Positions 48,197 to 57,738 of a stretch of 64,000 bases of DNA are shown here, piece after piece; the stretch's first letter is position 1, and every line of letters begins with the position of its first letter. A program made the position numbers and the translations under genes. The notes beneath the pieces are model-generated. The model had not been told where the DNA came from. It ran no database searches and worked only from the letters and a program-made list of their open reading frames with translations. The stretch covers positions 1,367,574 to 1,431,573 of the forward strand of contig CBDFJQ010000002.1 of the NCBI GenBank assembly GCA_965248575.1. Direction: 5' to 3'. This DNA is from Planctomycetota bacterium. Lineage in GTDB: Bacteria; Planctomycetota; B15-G4.

Positions 48197-49115
48197 GTTG
48201 AAGCGCCTGCTTCAGGATGTCGTCCAGGGCCCAACGCGGCCGGAAGTCGATGCGGCGTCGCAAGGCCTTCAGGTGGGGTGCCCGGCGCGGCAAGTCCTCA
48301 CGGCCTGCTTCGGCTGGTGTGCACGTCACGCGCGCGCCGCGTCCAGCCAACTCCGCCATGCGCTGGGCCAGACCTGCAATGCTCGTGCGCTCTTCGGAAC
48401 CCAGCTCGATGACTTCGAAGCCTTCCGCCAGGGGTGCTCGCAGCAGTGACAGGGTCGCCGAGACGCAATCATCCACGTGCAGGAAGGAACGCTGCTGGAC
48501 GCCCGTGCCGTGCACCGGCATCTCCTGGCCAGTGCGGGCGGCGACGGCCATGGCCGGCAGGACCATCCCGGGAGCGCATTGTCCAGGCCCCACGATGTTG
48601 AACGGGCGCACGATGGTGACCGGCACCCCACCGGGTTGAGCCGCTTGCTCCGACAGGAGGGCTTCCGCCGCACGCTTTGCTTCGGCGTAGATGGAGCGCG
48701 GCCCCCGCCGCCCAGCATCTGTCACTTCGCTGGTGGAGAAGAAGAGCAGCGGAGCGCCCGCCCTGCGGGCAACAGCCAACGCGACGTCCGTCCCCTCAAG
48801 AATCACGGAGCCGGTGCGGGCGGGGTCGGCCAGAACAGCCTCCACGCCCACCACGGAAGCGAGGTGTACCACCGCATGCACACGGGTGGCACCGTTCATG
48901 TCAGCGGCGAACGCCCCCGCGGCCGTCTCCACGGGTGCCTGTCGCCGGACGTCCCCCACGTGGACCCGCAAGTGCGGGTGCTCTGGAAGCGGCAAGCTGC
49001 TGGGAGCCGAGAAGTCATCCAGGACGCTGACCCGGTCGCCAGCCTGCAAGAGCCGGCGCACCAAGTGCGTGCCGATGAACCCAGCACCTCCGGTGACGAG
49101 CAACGTACGTGTCAT
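48189..49115 (-). CDS. NAD-dependent sugar epimerase/dehydratase (SDR family)
   Basis: MTRTLLVTGGAGFIGTHLVRRLL (GxxGxxG) and a YxxxK equivalent (SIYAEAKRAAE). 308 aa. Confidence 0.85.
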   Translation of the reverse strand: MTRTLLVTGGAGFIGTHLVRRLLQAGDRVSVLDDFSAPSSLPLPEHPHLRVHVGDVRRQAPVETAAGAFAADMNGATRVHAVVHLASVVGVEAVLADPARTGSVILEGTDVALAVARRAGAPLLFFSTSEVTDAGRRGPRSIYAEAKRAAEALLSEQAAQPGGVPVTIVRPFNIVGPGQCAPGMVLPAMAVAARTGQEMPVHGTGVQQRSFLHVDDCVSATLSLLRAPLAEGFEVIELGSEERTSIAGLAQRMAELAGRGARVTCTPAEAGREDLPRRAPHLKALRRRIDFRPRWALDDILKQALQHA

Positions 49116-49274
49116 GAATGGCCTTGGACGAAGAAGGGGCTGCTCATCGTCCCACTGCCCCCGTCCTGATTTCCAGCCTTCTTCACGCTGCCACGACTCG
49201 TGGGGTGCTGGGCCTTGCCCGGGGCCAAGCCGTCCAGGACCTCAGAGCCCGCCTGGGACAGGACCCAGCCCCTG

Positions 49275-49982
49275 TCAGACCCGACTGGCGTGGGCCTGGA
49301 CGAAGACGGCAACAGCTCCAAGCCAATCCGGCATGGGCCCCAACTCCCGTTCATCCCGCTTGCGTCGCGCGAAGGAGTGATCCCCGCCAGGAATGAGCAG
49401 GAGTTCCGCCCTGCTGAGTCCGCCGACCACGGCCTCGAGTCGCTCCAAGTTGGCCAAGGGGTCGCGGGTCCCGGAGATGAACAACTGAGGCACCGACACC
49501 TCGGAAAGATGATCCGCCCGTTCTTTGCCTGGCTGGCCCGCAGGGTGCAGGGGATAGCCCAGGTAGACAGCCGCCCGCACCTGGGGTGCCCGGCCCGCCG
49601 CCAACACCATCGAAGCCACGCGCCCGCCCATGGACTTGCCAGCCATCACGAGCGGGCCTGCACCCGCCATCTTTCCGACCCGGTCGAGAATCGCGCACCA
49701 CGTGTCCAACAGCAAGGGAGCCCGGTCCGGCGGACGGCGACTCCCGTCATCCACTCGCTGCTGCATGTAGGGGAAGTGGAAACGCACGACGCAGAATCCG
49801 CGCCGCTCGAGCTCCTGGGCAGTGGACTCCATGAAGGGGCTGTCGAGTGCAGCACCCGCGCCGTGTGCCAGCACCAGCACCGGGCGTCCATCCAAGCTGC
49901 CTTGGCGCCGCCAGGCCGCGGGCCGCCCAGCAACCTGGAGACTGCCTCTCGATGTGCGCGCCATGATCATGGCCCTCGTCAT
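49275..49982 (-). CDS. Alpha/beta-hydrolase fold protein (dienelactone-hydrolase-like)
   Basis: ORF 49275..50096; likely start MTRAMIMAR (49982). Nucleophile elbow GKSMGG and a C-terminal GGDHSF. Confidence 0.65.
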   Translation of the reverse strand: MTRAMIMARTSRGSLQVAGRPAAWRRQGSLDGRPVLVLAHGAGAALDSPFMESTAQELERRGFCVVRFHFPYMQQRVDDGSRRPPDRAPLLLDTWCAILDRVGKMAGAGPLVMAGKSMGGRVASMVLAAGRAPQVRAAVYLGYPLHPAGQPGKERADHLSEVSVPQLFISGTRDPLANLERLEAVVGGLSRAELLLIPGGDHSFARRKRDERELGPMPDWLGAVAVFVQAHASRV

Positions 49983-50043
49983 TCCGTGTCGGGCAGCCCG
50001 ACATACAGGAAGCCTCTGACATCCAGGGCCCCCCGGACATGCA

Positions 50044-50079
50044 GAAGCCCCCCGAAGCATGGGCGCTTCGAGGGGCTTC
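50044..50079 (-). terminator. GC-rich hairpin downstream of hup (15-bp stem, 6-nt loop)
   Basis: gaagccccccgaagc-atgggc-gcttcgaggggcttc with one mismatch, 80 nt downstream of the hup stop. A second smaller hairpin ctgttcg...cgaacag lies at 50127-50158. Confidence 0.4.
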
Positions 50080-50160
50080 GTGTGTCGAGCCCGCACGCCG
50101 TGGGCGTGATGCGCTCAACTCATGCTCTGTTCGATTCGGAGCGAAACGCCCCGAACAGGA

Positions 50161-50484
50161 TCAGACCATGTCCTTCAGGTTCTTCAACGGCGTGGTCTTG
50201 ACGACCTTCCGTGCGGCCTTCGCCTTGAACATCATCTCTTCGCCCGTGAAGGGGTTGATGCCCTTGCGTGCCTTGACGGCAGGCTTGCTGACGACCCGGC
50301 ACTTGACGAGGCCGGGAATCGTGAAGACGCCCGGGCCACGACGGCCGAGGTCCTTCTTCATGATCAAGCCCATCTCGTCGAACACGGACACGACCTCTTT
50401 GCGGGTCAGGCCAGTGTTCTCGGAAATGGTTTTCAGGATGTCGGTCTTGGTGCGCGGCTTCGCGGCTGCCTTGGTAACGGCCAT
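50161..50484 (-). CDS. hup: HU-family histone-like DNA-binding protein with a Lys/Ala-rich N-terminal extension
   Basis: ORF 50161..50523; likely start MAVTKAAAKPRTKTDILKTISENTGLTRKEVVSVFDEMGLIMKKDLGRRGPGVFTIPGLVKCRVVSKPAVKARKGINPFTGEEMMFKAKAARKVVKTTPL. HU core motifs R-N-P-x-T-G and the FKAK arm. Confidence 0.8.
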   Translation of the reverse strand: MAVTKAAAKPRTKTDILKTISENTGLTRKEVVSVFDEMGLIMKKDLGRRGPGVFTIPGLVKCRVVSKPAVKARKGINPFTGEEMMFKAKAARKVVKTTPLKNLKDMV

Positions 50485-50869
50485 CTCTGTTGTCCTCTGC
50501 TTGGATTCGTGTGGGGTTTGCACTCATCAATAGAAGTGTGTCGAGACACTACCGGCGAAGATCAGCTCCTTCAAGCAGCGGATTCCCTATGTTTTTCGAG
50601 GTTTCTGACGGATTTTCGGGATGGCTTCCGCGAGCCGGCCCTGTTCATCGCCGGCGGGAGGGTGCCGCGCGCCGGCCGGCAGCTCCCGTCACGAGGGGTG
50701 CTGAGCGGGTCCGGCCCGGGTGCATGCGGGGTGTGACGAGGGGCGCCGGAAGTCCCGAAACACTCCCTCCTCGCCGACAATCTGGCAGCTCCCCTGACAC
50801 GCTCCTGGTGACGTAAGCAGCGCGCTGGACGGAACCTGCGGGATCGTCCTGCTCCCTTGTGCTTCCTTG

Positions 50870-50955
50870 TGGGGGCGCCGGGGCTCGAACCCGGACGGCC
50901 CATGCGGGCCAGGGGATTTTAAGTCCCCTGCGTCTACCAGTTCCGCCACGCCCCC
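50870..50955 (-). tRNA. tRNA-Leu (anticodon TAA, long variable arm)
   Basis: Reverse complement GGGGGCGTGGCGGAACTGGTAGACGCAGGGGACTTAAAATCCCCTGGCCCGCATGGGCCGTCCGGGTTCGAGCCCCGGCGCCCCCA; anticodon loop CTTAAAA; CCA not encoded. Confidence 0.85.
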
Positions 50956-51072
50956 TACGGAAGACCGACACAGATTCCTGCGTGAAACCGCTGAGTTGCG
51001 CAGGCTAGCAGCCCAGCGCCACTCCACTCCAGGACGGGCTGGCTCGGGCCCGCCCTCCCAGTCTTTTTGGGG

Positions 51073-52773
51073 TCACCCGGCCCCCTTCGCCTCCAGCTCC
51101 TGCTCCCGCAGCGTGCGCCTCAGTAGCTTCATCATGGCGCTCTTGGGCAGGTCGCTCCGGAAGGCAAAACCCCTGGGCACCTTGTAGGCCGCGAGGTTCT
51201 TGCGGCAATGCGCCTCGAGCTCTTCTGCGCTCACCTGCATGCCGGGCTCGAGCACGACGAAGGCCTTGACCGTCTCGCCCCGCTTCTTGTCGGGTAAGCC
51301 AATGGTGCAGGCCTCGGCGACGGCCGGATGGTCCGTCAGCACATGGTCGATCTCGTCCGGGAAGATGTTGTAGCCGCTGGCCAGGATCATGTCCTTCTTG
51401 CGGCCCACGATGCGGAAGTAGCCCTGCTCATCCATGGTGGCCAGGTCGCCGGTGTGCAGCCAACCATCCCGAAGTGTCAGCGCCGTTTCCTCTGGGCGAT
51501 TCCAGTACCCGGACATGACCTGCGGTCCCTGGATCACCAACTCCCCCTCTTGGCCGGGCGGCAACACCGTCGTCCCGTCCTCGAGGTCGACGATGCGGCA
51601 GTCGGTGTCGGGAAACGGCAAACCCACGGTTCCCGTCTTGCGTTGCCCCAAGAGGGGGTTGGCGTGAGTGGCTGGCGAACTCTCGGTCATGCCGAACCCT
51701 TCAAAGATGCGCGCGCCTGTCTTTTGCTCGAAGCGACGGCGGGTGTCTTCGGGCAGTGGCGCCGACCCACTGAAGACGGCCTTGACGCTCGTCAGGTCCA
51801 TGCCCTCCACGCCGGGGTGAGACACCATCGCACCCAACATCGCCGGCACGGCGGGGAACACACTGACACCATGCTTCGCGATGGAGGCGAGCAACGCTCC
51901 CGTGTCACGGGGGTTGGGCGCCAAGACGATCGTCGATCCCAAGGCGATGGGCTCGTTCAGTGCAATGGTCATGCCGAAGATGTGGAAGTAAGGCAGCGCC
52001 GCGAGGAAGACCTCCTCGCTCACCTCGAGGTCGGCCATCCAAGCGCAACACTGGTCCACGTTGTGCACCAGGTTGCGGTGGCTGAGCATCGCAGCCTTGG
52101 ACACGCCTGTCGTCCCACCGGTGTACTGCAACACGGCCAGGTCCGATGGGTCGATGTCCAGGAAGGCGCAGGGCTGGGTTGCCTCCAAGGAGGCCTTGAA
52201 GGGATGCAGGTTCTCGCCCTTGGGGAAGGGTGCGATGGCGGGCGGATTCTGCTTGCGCAATTTGAAGGGAGCGAGCTGCTTCAGCGGGAAGCGCAGGAAC
52301 TCGGGAATCGAAGCGATGATCACGTGCTTCACAGGCGTGGAGGGCAGGGCCGACCGTACAGATCGTTCGAACAGGAAATCAGTGGTGACAGCCAGCTCGC
52401 AGCCGGCGTCCGTCCACTGGTGCACGATCTCCCGCGCCACGTAGAGCGGGTTGGTCATGACCACCTGAGCCCCACAGGCCAGGGCTCCGTAGTACGCGAT
52501 GACCGTCTGGGGCAGATTGGGAAGGTGGATTGCCACCCGAGCCCCCGGCTTCACCCCCAGCGAGGCGTAGACACCTGCCATGCGGGCCACCAGCTGCTCC
52601 AGCTCGGCGTAGCTGATGCTGGCGTTGAAAAAGACCAGCGCGCTGCGACCCGGGGAGCGACGCGCCGAGCGCTGGAGAAGGCCCGGAACACTGAGGTCTT
52701 CCCGGTCGACGATGGATGCGGGCACACCTTCATCGTAGTGCTCGTGCCAGACCCGTTTGTCCATCGCAGACAC
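51073..52773 (-). CDS. fadD: Long-chain-fatty-acid--CoA ligase (AMP-binding family)
   Basis: 566 aa with the AMP-binding motif YTGGTTGVSKAAMLSHRN and adenylation-core motifs GYWNRPEET, LHTGDL, GRKKDMI. Confidence 0.9.
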   Translation of the reverse strand: MSAMDKRVWHEHYDEGVPASIVDREDLSVPGLLQRSARRSPGRSALVFFNASISYAELEQLVARMAGVYASLGVKPGARVAIHLPNLPQTVIAYYGALACGAQVVMTNPLYVAREIVHQWTDAGCELAVTTDFLFERSVRSALPSTPVKHVIIASIPEFLRFPLKQLAPFKLRKQNPPAIAPFPKGENLHPFKASLEATQPCAFLDIDPSDLAVLQYTGGTTGVSKAAMLSHRNLVHNVDQCCAWMADLEVSEEVFLAALPYFHIFGMTIALNEPIALGSTIVLAPNPRDTGALLASIAKHGVSVFPAVPAMLGAMVSHPGVEGMDLTSVKAVFSGSAPLPEDTRRRFEQKTGARIFEGFGMTESSPATHANPLLGQRKTGTVGLPFPDTDCRIVDLEDGTTVLPPGQEGELVIQGPQVMSGYWNRPEETALTLRDGWLHTGDLATMDEQGYFRIVGRKKDMILASGYNIFPDEIDHVLTDHPAVAEACTIGLPDKKRGETVKAFVVLEPGMQVSAEELEAHCRKNLAAYKVPRGFAFRSDLPKSAMMKLLRRTLREQELEAKGAG

Positions 52774-52857
52774 CTCCCTCGCGCCGAAGCGGCGCAGTCT
52801 ATCAACGCGCGACGAAGATCCTCAGCAAGGCTGCCAGGTCCCTTGGCCGGTCGAGGC

Positions 52858-54324
52858 TCATGAGCGCTTGCCTTCGCTCCCACGCTTGGTGGGGTCGGAC
52901 TCCACATAGAAGGACAGGCCGCGCACATTCTCATCCATGCCCAGGCGCGACCGGATCGGTGGGAACGCGCGCTGCCGGCAATCCATGCGCTCGCAGAGCC
53001 GGCACGTGGGGCCGATGGGCTCCGCCGCATCCAGGTTCTCGAGGTCGATGCCATCGGCGTAGACCAGCTCCCGAGCATGGGAGACATCACAACCCAGTCC
53101 GATGGCGAGGCGGCTCTGGGGCGCGCGGAAGCCGCCGCCCTCCTTGCGGACCGTGCGCGCGATGCAGAAGTAGGTCGTTCCATCGGGCATGCGCGAGAGC
53201 TGCGTCCGAATGAATCCCGGTTGCATGAACGCCGCGTGGACATTCCAACGCGGGCAGGCCCCGCTGAAGCGTGCGAAGCGGATGCCGCTCGCGCTGAAGT
53301 GCTTGCTGATGTTCCCTGCGATGTCGACCCGGACCATGTGCAAGGGCACGCCTGCTTCTCCGGGTCGGTTGAGTGACGTCAGCCGTTGGCACACCTGCTC
53401 GAAGCTCGTTCGGAAGCGGTGCCCCAGCATCTCGACGTCGTAGCGCATCGCCCGCGCCGCTTCCAGAAAGGGCGTGTACGGCATCAGCAGGGCACCGGCA
53501 AAGTAGTTGGCGAGAGCCACCCTGCCGAGAGTTCGGCTGTCTTCCGTGGACAGGTTGCCCTGGGCCAGATAACCATCCAGGACAGGTCGGTGCTCGATCA
53601 GCGCGATCTGGTGAGCCAGCTGGAAGCTCCGGCTGCGCGGGGGCAAGACCTCCGAGAGCACCAGGCGACCGCGCGCGGCGTCGAAGCGCCGGACCGCTGA
53701 ACCCGCTTCGTTGGCCGGAATGATGTCGACATCCACCCCATGGCGGTCGGCGAGATGCGCCATGAGCCCCCGGTCCAGGGATTCAGCCCGGGCGTCCGCC
53801 TCCGTCCGCAACTGGGAGGCTGCCGTCTCCAGCTCAGGAAAGTGGTTCATGCAGCTCTGCAGCAGGTCACTCACTTCCTCAGAAGGCAGGCGAGGGGGCT
53901 CCAAGCTCTCATCACCCCACCCGGTACCAGCCAGCTGTTCCACCAGGACCGTGCGGTCCGTGATGCTCGCCCGATAGGCGCGATACAGGGAGACCACGGC
54001 CCGAGCCACTTCTGGCGCCACGTCCACCACATCTTCCATCGCTGAGGGTGCCGGCGCGTCTCGCTCGAAGAGCCCATCACCGAAGACCTCTGTCAGGTCC
54101 TGGACCAGCAGGTTGCCGTCATCCTCCGCGAGGGATTGCAGCTCCAGCTCAAAGACCTGGGCGAGTTTGAGCAACAGGGCCACGGTCAGCGGCCGCTTGT
54201 CGTGCTCGAGCAGGTTGAGGTAGCTGGGCGAGATCCCCAGGGCCTCGGCCATCTGAGCCTGCGTCAAACCCCGGGCCAAGCGCTCCCTGCGCACGCGGTG
54301 CCCAAGTCTGTGGCGTCTGGCCAT
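52858..54324 (-). CDS. XRE-family transcriptional regulator with a C-terminal ImmA/IrrE-like (DUF955/DUF2083-type) domain; RamB/ScfR-like regulator of short-chain acyl-CoA and glyoxylate metabolism
   Basis: N-terminal HTH (LARGLTQAQMAEALGISPSYLNLLEHDKRPLTVALLLKLAQVF), a central peptidase-like region (HQIALIEH...ANYFAGALLMPY) and a C-terminal Cys cluster (CRLCERMDCRQRAF). Divergent from aceB. Confidence 0.75.
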   Translation of the reverse strand: MARRHRLGHRVRRERLARGLTQAQMAEALGISPSYLNLLEHDKRPLTVALLLKLAQVFELELQSLAEDDGNLLVQDLTEVFGDGLFERDAPAPSAMEDVVDVAPEVARAVVSLYRAYRASITDRTVLVEQLAGTGWGDESLEPPRLPSEEVSDLLQSCMNHFPELETAASQLRTEADARAESLDRGLMAHLADRHGVDVDIIPANEAGSAVRRFDAARGRLVLSEVLPPRSRSFQLAHQIALIEHRPVLDGYLAQGNLSTEDSRTLGRVALANYFAGALLMPYTPFLEAARAMRYDVEMLGHRFRTSFEQVCQRLTSLNRPGEAGVPLHMVRVDIAGNISKHFSASGIRFARFSGACPRWNVHAAFMQPGFIRTQLSRMPDGTTYFCIARTVRKEGGGFRAPQSRLAIGLGCDVSHARELVYADGIDLENLDAAEPIGPTCRLCERMDCRQRAFPPIRSRLGMDENVRGLSFYVESDPTKRGSEGKRS

Positions 54325-54339
54325 GGGATTCTCCTCGTT

Positions 54340-54529
54340 TGTGAAGCAAGGGCCCCATCGGCGCGTGACAAAGCTTTACAGCATTACAAATCCTATCTGT
54401 ATGGATGTATGCATCCTTACACCTTAACTAGCAATGACTTATTGACGATTCGGATTATTGGTCAATACTTCACATGTCGACAGAAGCGCCGCTCGACTGG
54501 GCCCGAAGCCTTCTCCGGACTTCCAGCAC
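54340..54529. promoter_or_regulatory. AT-rich divergent control region between the regulator and aceB, with candidate promoter and operator repeats
   Basis: The only strongly AT-rich stretch in the window. Direct repeats ACAAAgctttacagcattACAAA (54368-54390) and TGTATGgaTGTATGcat (54399-54415). Candidate -35 TTGACG (54442-54447), 16-17 nt spacer, -10-like AATACT/ATACTT (54464-54470), upstream of the aceB ATG at 54530. Confidence 0.45.
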
Positions 54530-56167
54530 ATGAATGTTCCACCCAGCGGTTCCGCAGCTGCCCCACGACCCAAGTCGGGGTCCATCGAGCTTCTCGCTCC
54601 GCGCAGCGACTTCTCGGATGTCGTCCTCAGCCCTGAAGCTCTTGAGTTCGCCGCCAAGCTCCAACGTCGTTTCGAACCTCGGCGACGGGAACTCATGGAG
54701 CGTCGTCGGATGCGCCAATCCGAACTCGACGCGGGCGATCGGCCGGATTTCCTGGAAGCCACCGCTGACATCCGCGCGAGCGATTGGACGGTGGCTCCGC
54801 TTCCGTCTGACCTGGCTGACCGGCGCGTCGAGATCACGGGCCCCGTCAGCCGCAAGATGGTCATCAACGCCCTCAACTCGGGCGCCAACGTTTTCATGGC
54901 CGACTTCGAGGACAGCAACTCCCCGACCTGGGCCAACGTCATCGAAGGACAGGTGAACCTCGCGGACGCCGTGCGCGGCAGCATCGAGTACACCCACCCC
55001 GACTCAGGCAAGCACTATCGACTCGTGGATCAACCGGCCACGCTGCTCGTGCGACCACGCGGTTGGCACCTGCTCGAGAAGCACGTGCTCGTGGACGGCC
55101 AGCCCATCTCCGCCTCCATTTTCGACTTCGCGCTGTACTTCTTCCACAACGCGCGAGCGCTGCTCGAGCGCAACACGGGCCCCTACTTCTACCTGCCCAA
55201 GATGGAAAGCCATCTCGAGGCCCGGCTCTGGAACGACATCTTCTGCGAAGCGCAGGACGAGCTGGGCATCCCTCGCGGAACCATCAAGGCCACCGTCCTG
55301 ATCGAGACCATCCTCGCTGCCTTCGAGATGGATGAGATCCTCTACGAACTCAGGGAGCACAGCGCTGGCCTGAACTGCGGGCGTTGGGACTACATCTTCA
55401 GCTTCATCAAGCGCTTCGCCAAGCAACCCGACTTCGTCCTGCCCGATCGCGCGCAGGTCGGGATGACGCAGCATTTCCTGCACAGCTATAGCCAACTGCT
55501 GATCAAGACCTGCCACCGTCGACGCGTGCACGCCATGGGTGGCATGGCGGCGCAGATCCCCATCAAGGGCGATGACACCGCGAACGAAGCCGCGCTCAAC
55601 TCCGTGCGAGCCGACAAGCAACGCGAGGTCAGCAACGGCCACGACGGCACCTGGGTCGCCCACCCCGCACTGGTCCCCCTCGCGAAGGAGATCTTCGACG
55701 CGCAGATGACTGGCCCGAACCAACTGGACATCGCTCGCGACGACGTGCACGTCACGGCCCGCGACCTGCTGTGGGTCCCCAAGGGGGACATCACGGAAGC
55801 AGGACTGCGACAGAACGTCAACGTAGGCGTCCAGTATCTGGAGGCCTGGCTGAACGGCAACGGTTGCGTCCCCCTCTACAACCTCATGGAAGACGCCGCG
55901 ACGGCCGAGATCTCACGCACACAGATCTGGCAGTGGATCCGGCACCACGCCCAGATGGACGACGATCGCGTCGTCACGGCGGAGCTCTTCCGCAGCATCC
56001 TGTTCGAAGAATTGAAGTCCATTCGCGAGACCCTCGGCGACGCCCGCTTCGAGGGCGGCCGGTTCGCCGAAGCAGCCGGTCTCTTCGATGCCATGAGCAC
56101 CGGCGAGGAGTGTGAGGACTTCCTCACGATCCCCGCCTACGAACGAATCCTCACGCGCACGACCTGA
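54530..56167 (+). CDS. aceB: Malate synthase A
   Basis: ORF 54458..56167; likely start MNVPPSG (54530). Malate synthase signatures [21 protein letters not shown], and the catalytic region ...NCGRWDY.... Confidence 0.9.
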   Translation: MNVPPSGSAAAPRPKSGSIELLAPRSDFSDVVLSPEALEFAAKLQRRFEPRRRELMERRRMRQSELDAGDRPDFLEATADIRASDWTVAPLPSDLADRRVEITGPVSRKMVINALNSGANVFMADFEDSNSPTWANVIEGQVNLADAVRGSIEYTHPDSGKHYRLVDQPATLLVRPRGWHLLEKHVLVDGQPISASIFDFALYFFHNARALLERNTGPYFYLPKMESHLEARLWNDIFCEAQDELGIPRGTIKATVLIETILAAFEMDEILYELREHSAGLNCGRWDYIFSFIKRFAKQPDFVLPDRAQVGMTQHFLHSYSQLLIKTCHRRRVHAMGGMAAQIPIKGDDTANEAALNSVRADKQREVSNGHDGTWVAHPALVPLAKEIFDAQMTGPNQLDIARDDVHVTARDLLWVPKGDITEAGLRQNVNVGVQYLEAWLNGNGCVPLYNLMEDAATAEISRTQIWQWIRHHAQMDDDRVVTAELFRSILFEELKSIRETLGDARFEGGRFAEAAGLFDAMSTGEECEDFLTIPAYERILTRTT

Positions 56168-56234
56168 GCCCCGCCCCCACCACGAATCCCCCTCTGAACT
56201 CTCCACCTCTCACCCACCATCGACGGACACCACC

Positions 56235-57521
56235 ATGTCAGCCAGCAACGGAAAGAACCGACTCCCCGCGGACGCCCCCCCAGCAGACGCGCCCAACCGT
56301 TTCGACGGAATCCGACGGGACTACACGCCCGAGGACGTGGCTCGCCTGGGCGGATCCCTTCCCATCGAGCAGACCCTCGCCAAGCACGGTGCTCAGAAGC
56401 TCTGGGGTTACCTGCACTCAGAGGACTACATCAACGCGCTGGGTGCCCTCACCGGCAACCAGGCCATGCAGCAGGTGCGTGCGGGCCTCAAGGCCATCTA
56501 CCTGAGCGGCTGGCAGGTTGCAGCAGACGCCAACAACGCTGGCCAGATGTATCCCGACCAGAGCCTCTACCCCGTCAGCAGCGTCCCCGATGTGGTCCGC
56601 CGCATCAACCGCACCCTGCAGCGCGCTGACCAGATCCAGCACATGGAAGGCGGGTCGGACACCGATTGGTTCCAGCCCATCATCGCCGACGCCGAAGCGG
56701 GTTTCGGTGGACCACTGAACGCCTTCGAGCTCATGAAGAACATGATCGAAGCGGGTGCCGCCGGCGTGCACTTCGAAGACCAACTGGCGTCCGAAAAGAA
56801 GTGCGGACACCTGGGCGGCAAGGTCCTGGTGCCAACCCAATCCTTCATCCGCACCCTGAACTCCGCACGCCTCGCGGCCGACGTCATGGGTGTACCGACG
56901 GTGCTCATCGCTCGCACGGATGCGGACAGCGCCAACCTGCTCACCGCGGACATCGATGAGCGGGACCGCCCCTTCTGCACGGGGGAGCGTACGCCCGAGG
57001 GCTTCTTCCGCATCAACGGCGGCCTCGACAGTGCCATCGCCCGCGGGCTCAGCTATGCCCCTTACGCCGATCTCATCTGGTGTGAGACCAGCACGCCAGA
57101 CCTGGATGACGCCCGGCGCTTCGCCGACGCCATCCATGCCGAGTTCCCCGGCAAGTTGCTGGCCTACAACTGCAGCCCGTCGTTCAACTGGCGCGCCAAG
57201 CTAGACGAGTCCACCATCGCGAAGTTCCAGCGCGAGCTGGGTGCCATGGGCTACAAGTTCCAGTTCGTGACGCTCGCCGGCTTCCACAGCTTGAACCACT
57301 CCATGTTCGAGCTGGCCCGGGGCTACCGCGAGCGTGGCATGGCCGCCTACTCCGAGTTGCAGCAGGCCGAGTTCTGCTCAGAGGAGCAGGGCTACGGCGC
57401 GACCAAGCACCAGCACGAAGTGGGCACCGGTTACTTCGACGCCGTCTCCAACGCGGTTTCAGGTGGCAAGTCGTCCACCACCGCCCTGGCGGGCTCGACG
57501 GAGACATCACAGTTCCACTGA
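56235..57521 (+). CDS. aceA: Isocitrate lyase
   Basis: Start [11 protein letters not shown] at 56235. ICL signature [15 protein letters not shown] and ...[19 protein letters not shown].... 428 aa. Confidence 0.95.
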   Translation: MSASNGKNRLPADAPPADAPNRFDGIRRDYTPEDVARLGGSLPIEQTLAKHGAQKLWGYLHSEDYINALGALTGNQAMQQVRAGLKAIYLSGWQVAADANNAGQMYPDQSLYPVSSVPDVVRRINRTLQRADQIQHMEGGSDTDWFQPIIADAEAGFGGPLNAFELMKNMIEAGAAGVHFEDQLASEKKCGHLGGKVLVPTQSFIRTLNSARLAADVMGVPTVLIARTDADSANLLTADIDERDRPFCTGERTPEGFFRINGGLDSAIARGLSYAPYADLIWCETSTPDLDDARRFADAIHAEFPGKLLAYNCSPSFNWRAKLDESTIAKFQRELGAMGYKFQFVTLAGFHSLNHSMFELARGYRERGMAAYSELQQAEFCSEEQGYGATKHQHEVGTGYFDAVSNAVSGGKSSTTALAGSTETSQFH

Positions 57522-57609
57522 TCAGCTCCGACCGTCGGGTCCCACGGCCCGGGGAATGGATGGGGGCCGGAACATGTCCCGGCTCCTGACCATCCTGCCA
57601 AGGTCCTGC

Positions 57610-57644
57610 GGGGGCGAGTTGCACTCTGCGCGCAGCTCGCCCCC
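57610..57644 (+). terminator. GC-rich hairpin downstream of aceA (9-bp stem GGGGGCGAG/CTCGCCCCC)
   Basis: gggggcgag-ttgcactctgcgcgcag-ctcgccccc lies 90 nt after the aceA stop. There is no U-tract, which is common in high-GC genomes. Confidence 0.35.
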
Positions 57645-57738
57645 GTTGCATTCGGCACCCCCGCTCCGGTCGGCGCCCCGCCCTAGTTGGCGAAGCCGTC
57701 ATCGGTGAGCCATGCCGTGCGAGGTAGACTCCCGAACG

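Noticed and set aside
41344-48412. Various long antisense ORFs: 41344..42399, 43060..43986, 44080..45303, 45942..46799, 46946..48412
   Set aside because: Each lies opposite a gene with coding bias or recognisable motifs. None has a domain signature. The long-ORF frequency on the non-coding strand is what 67% GC predicts.
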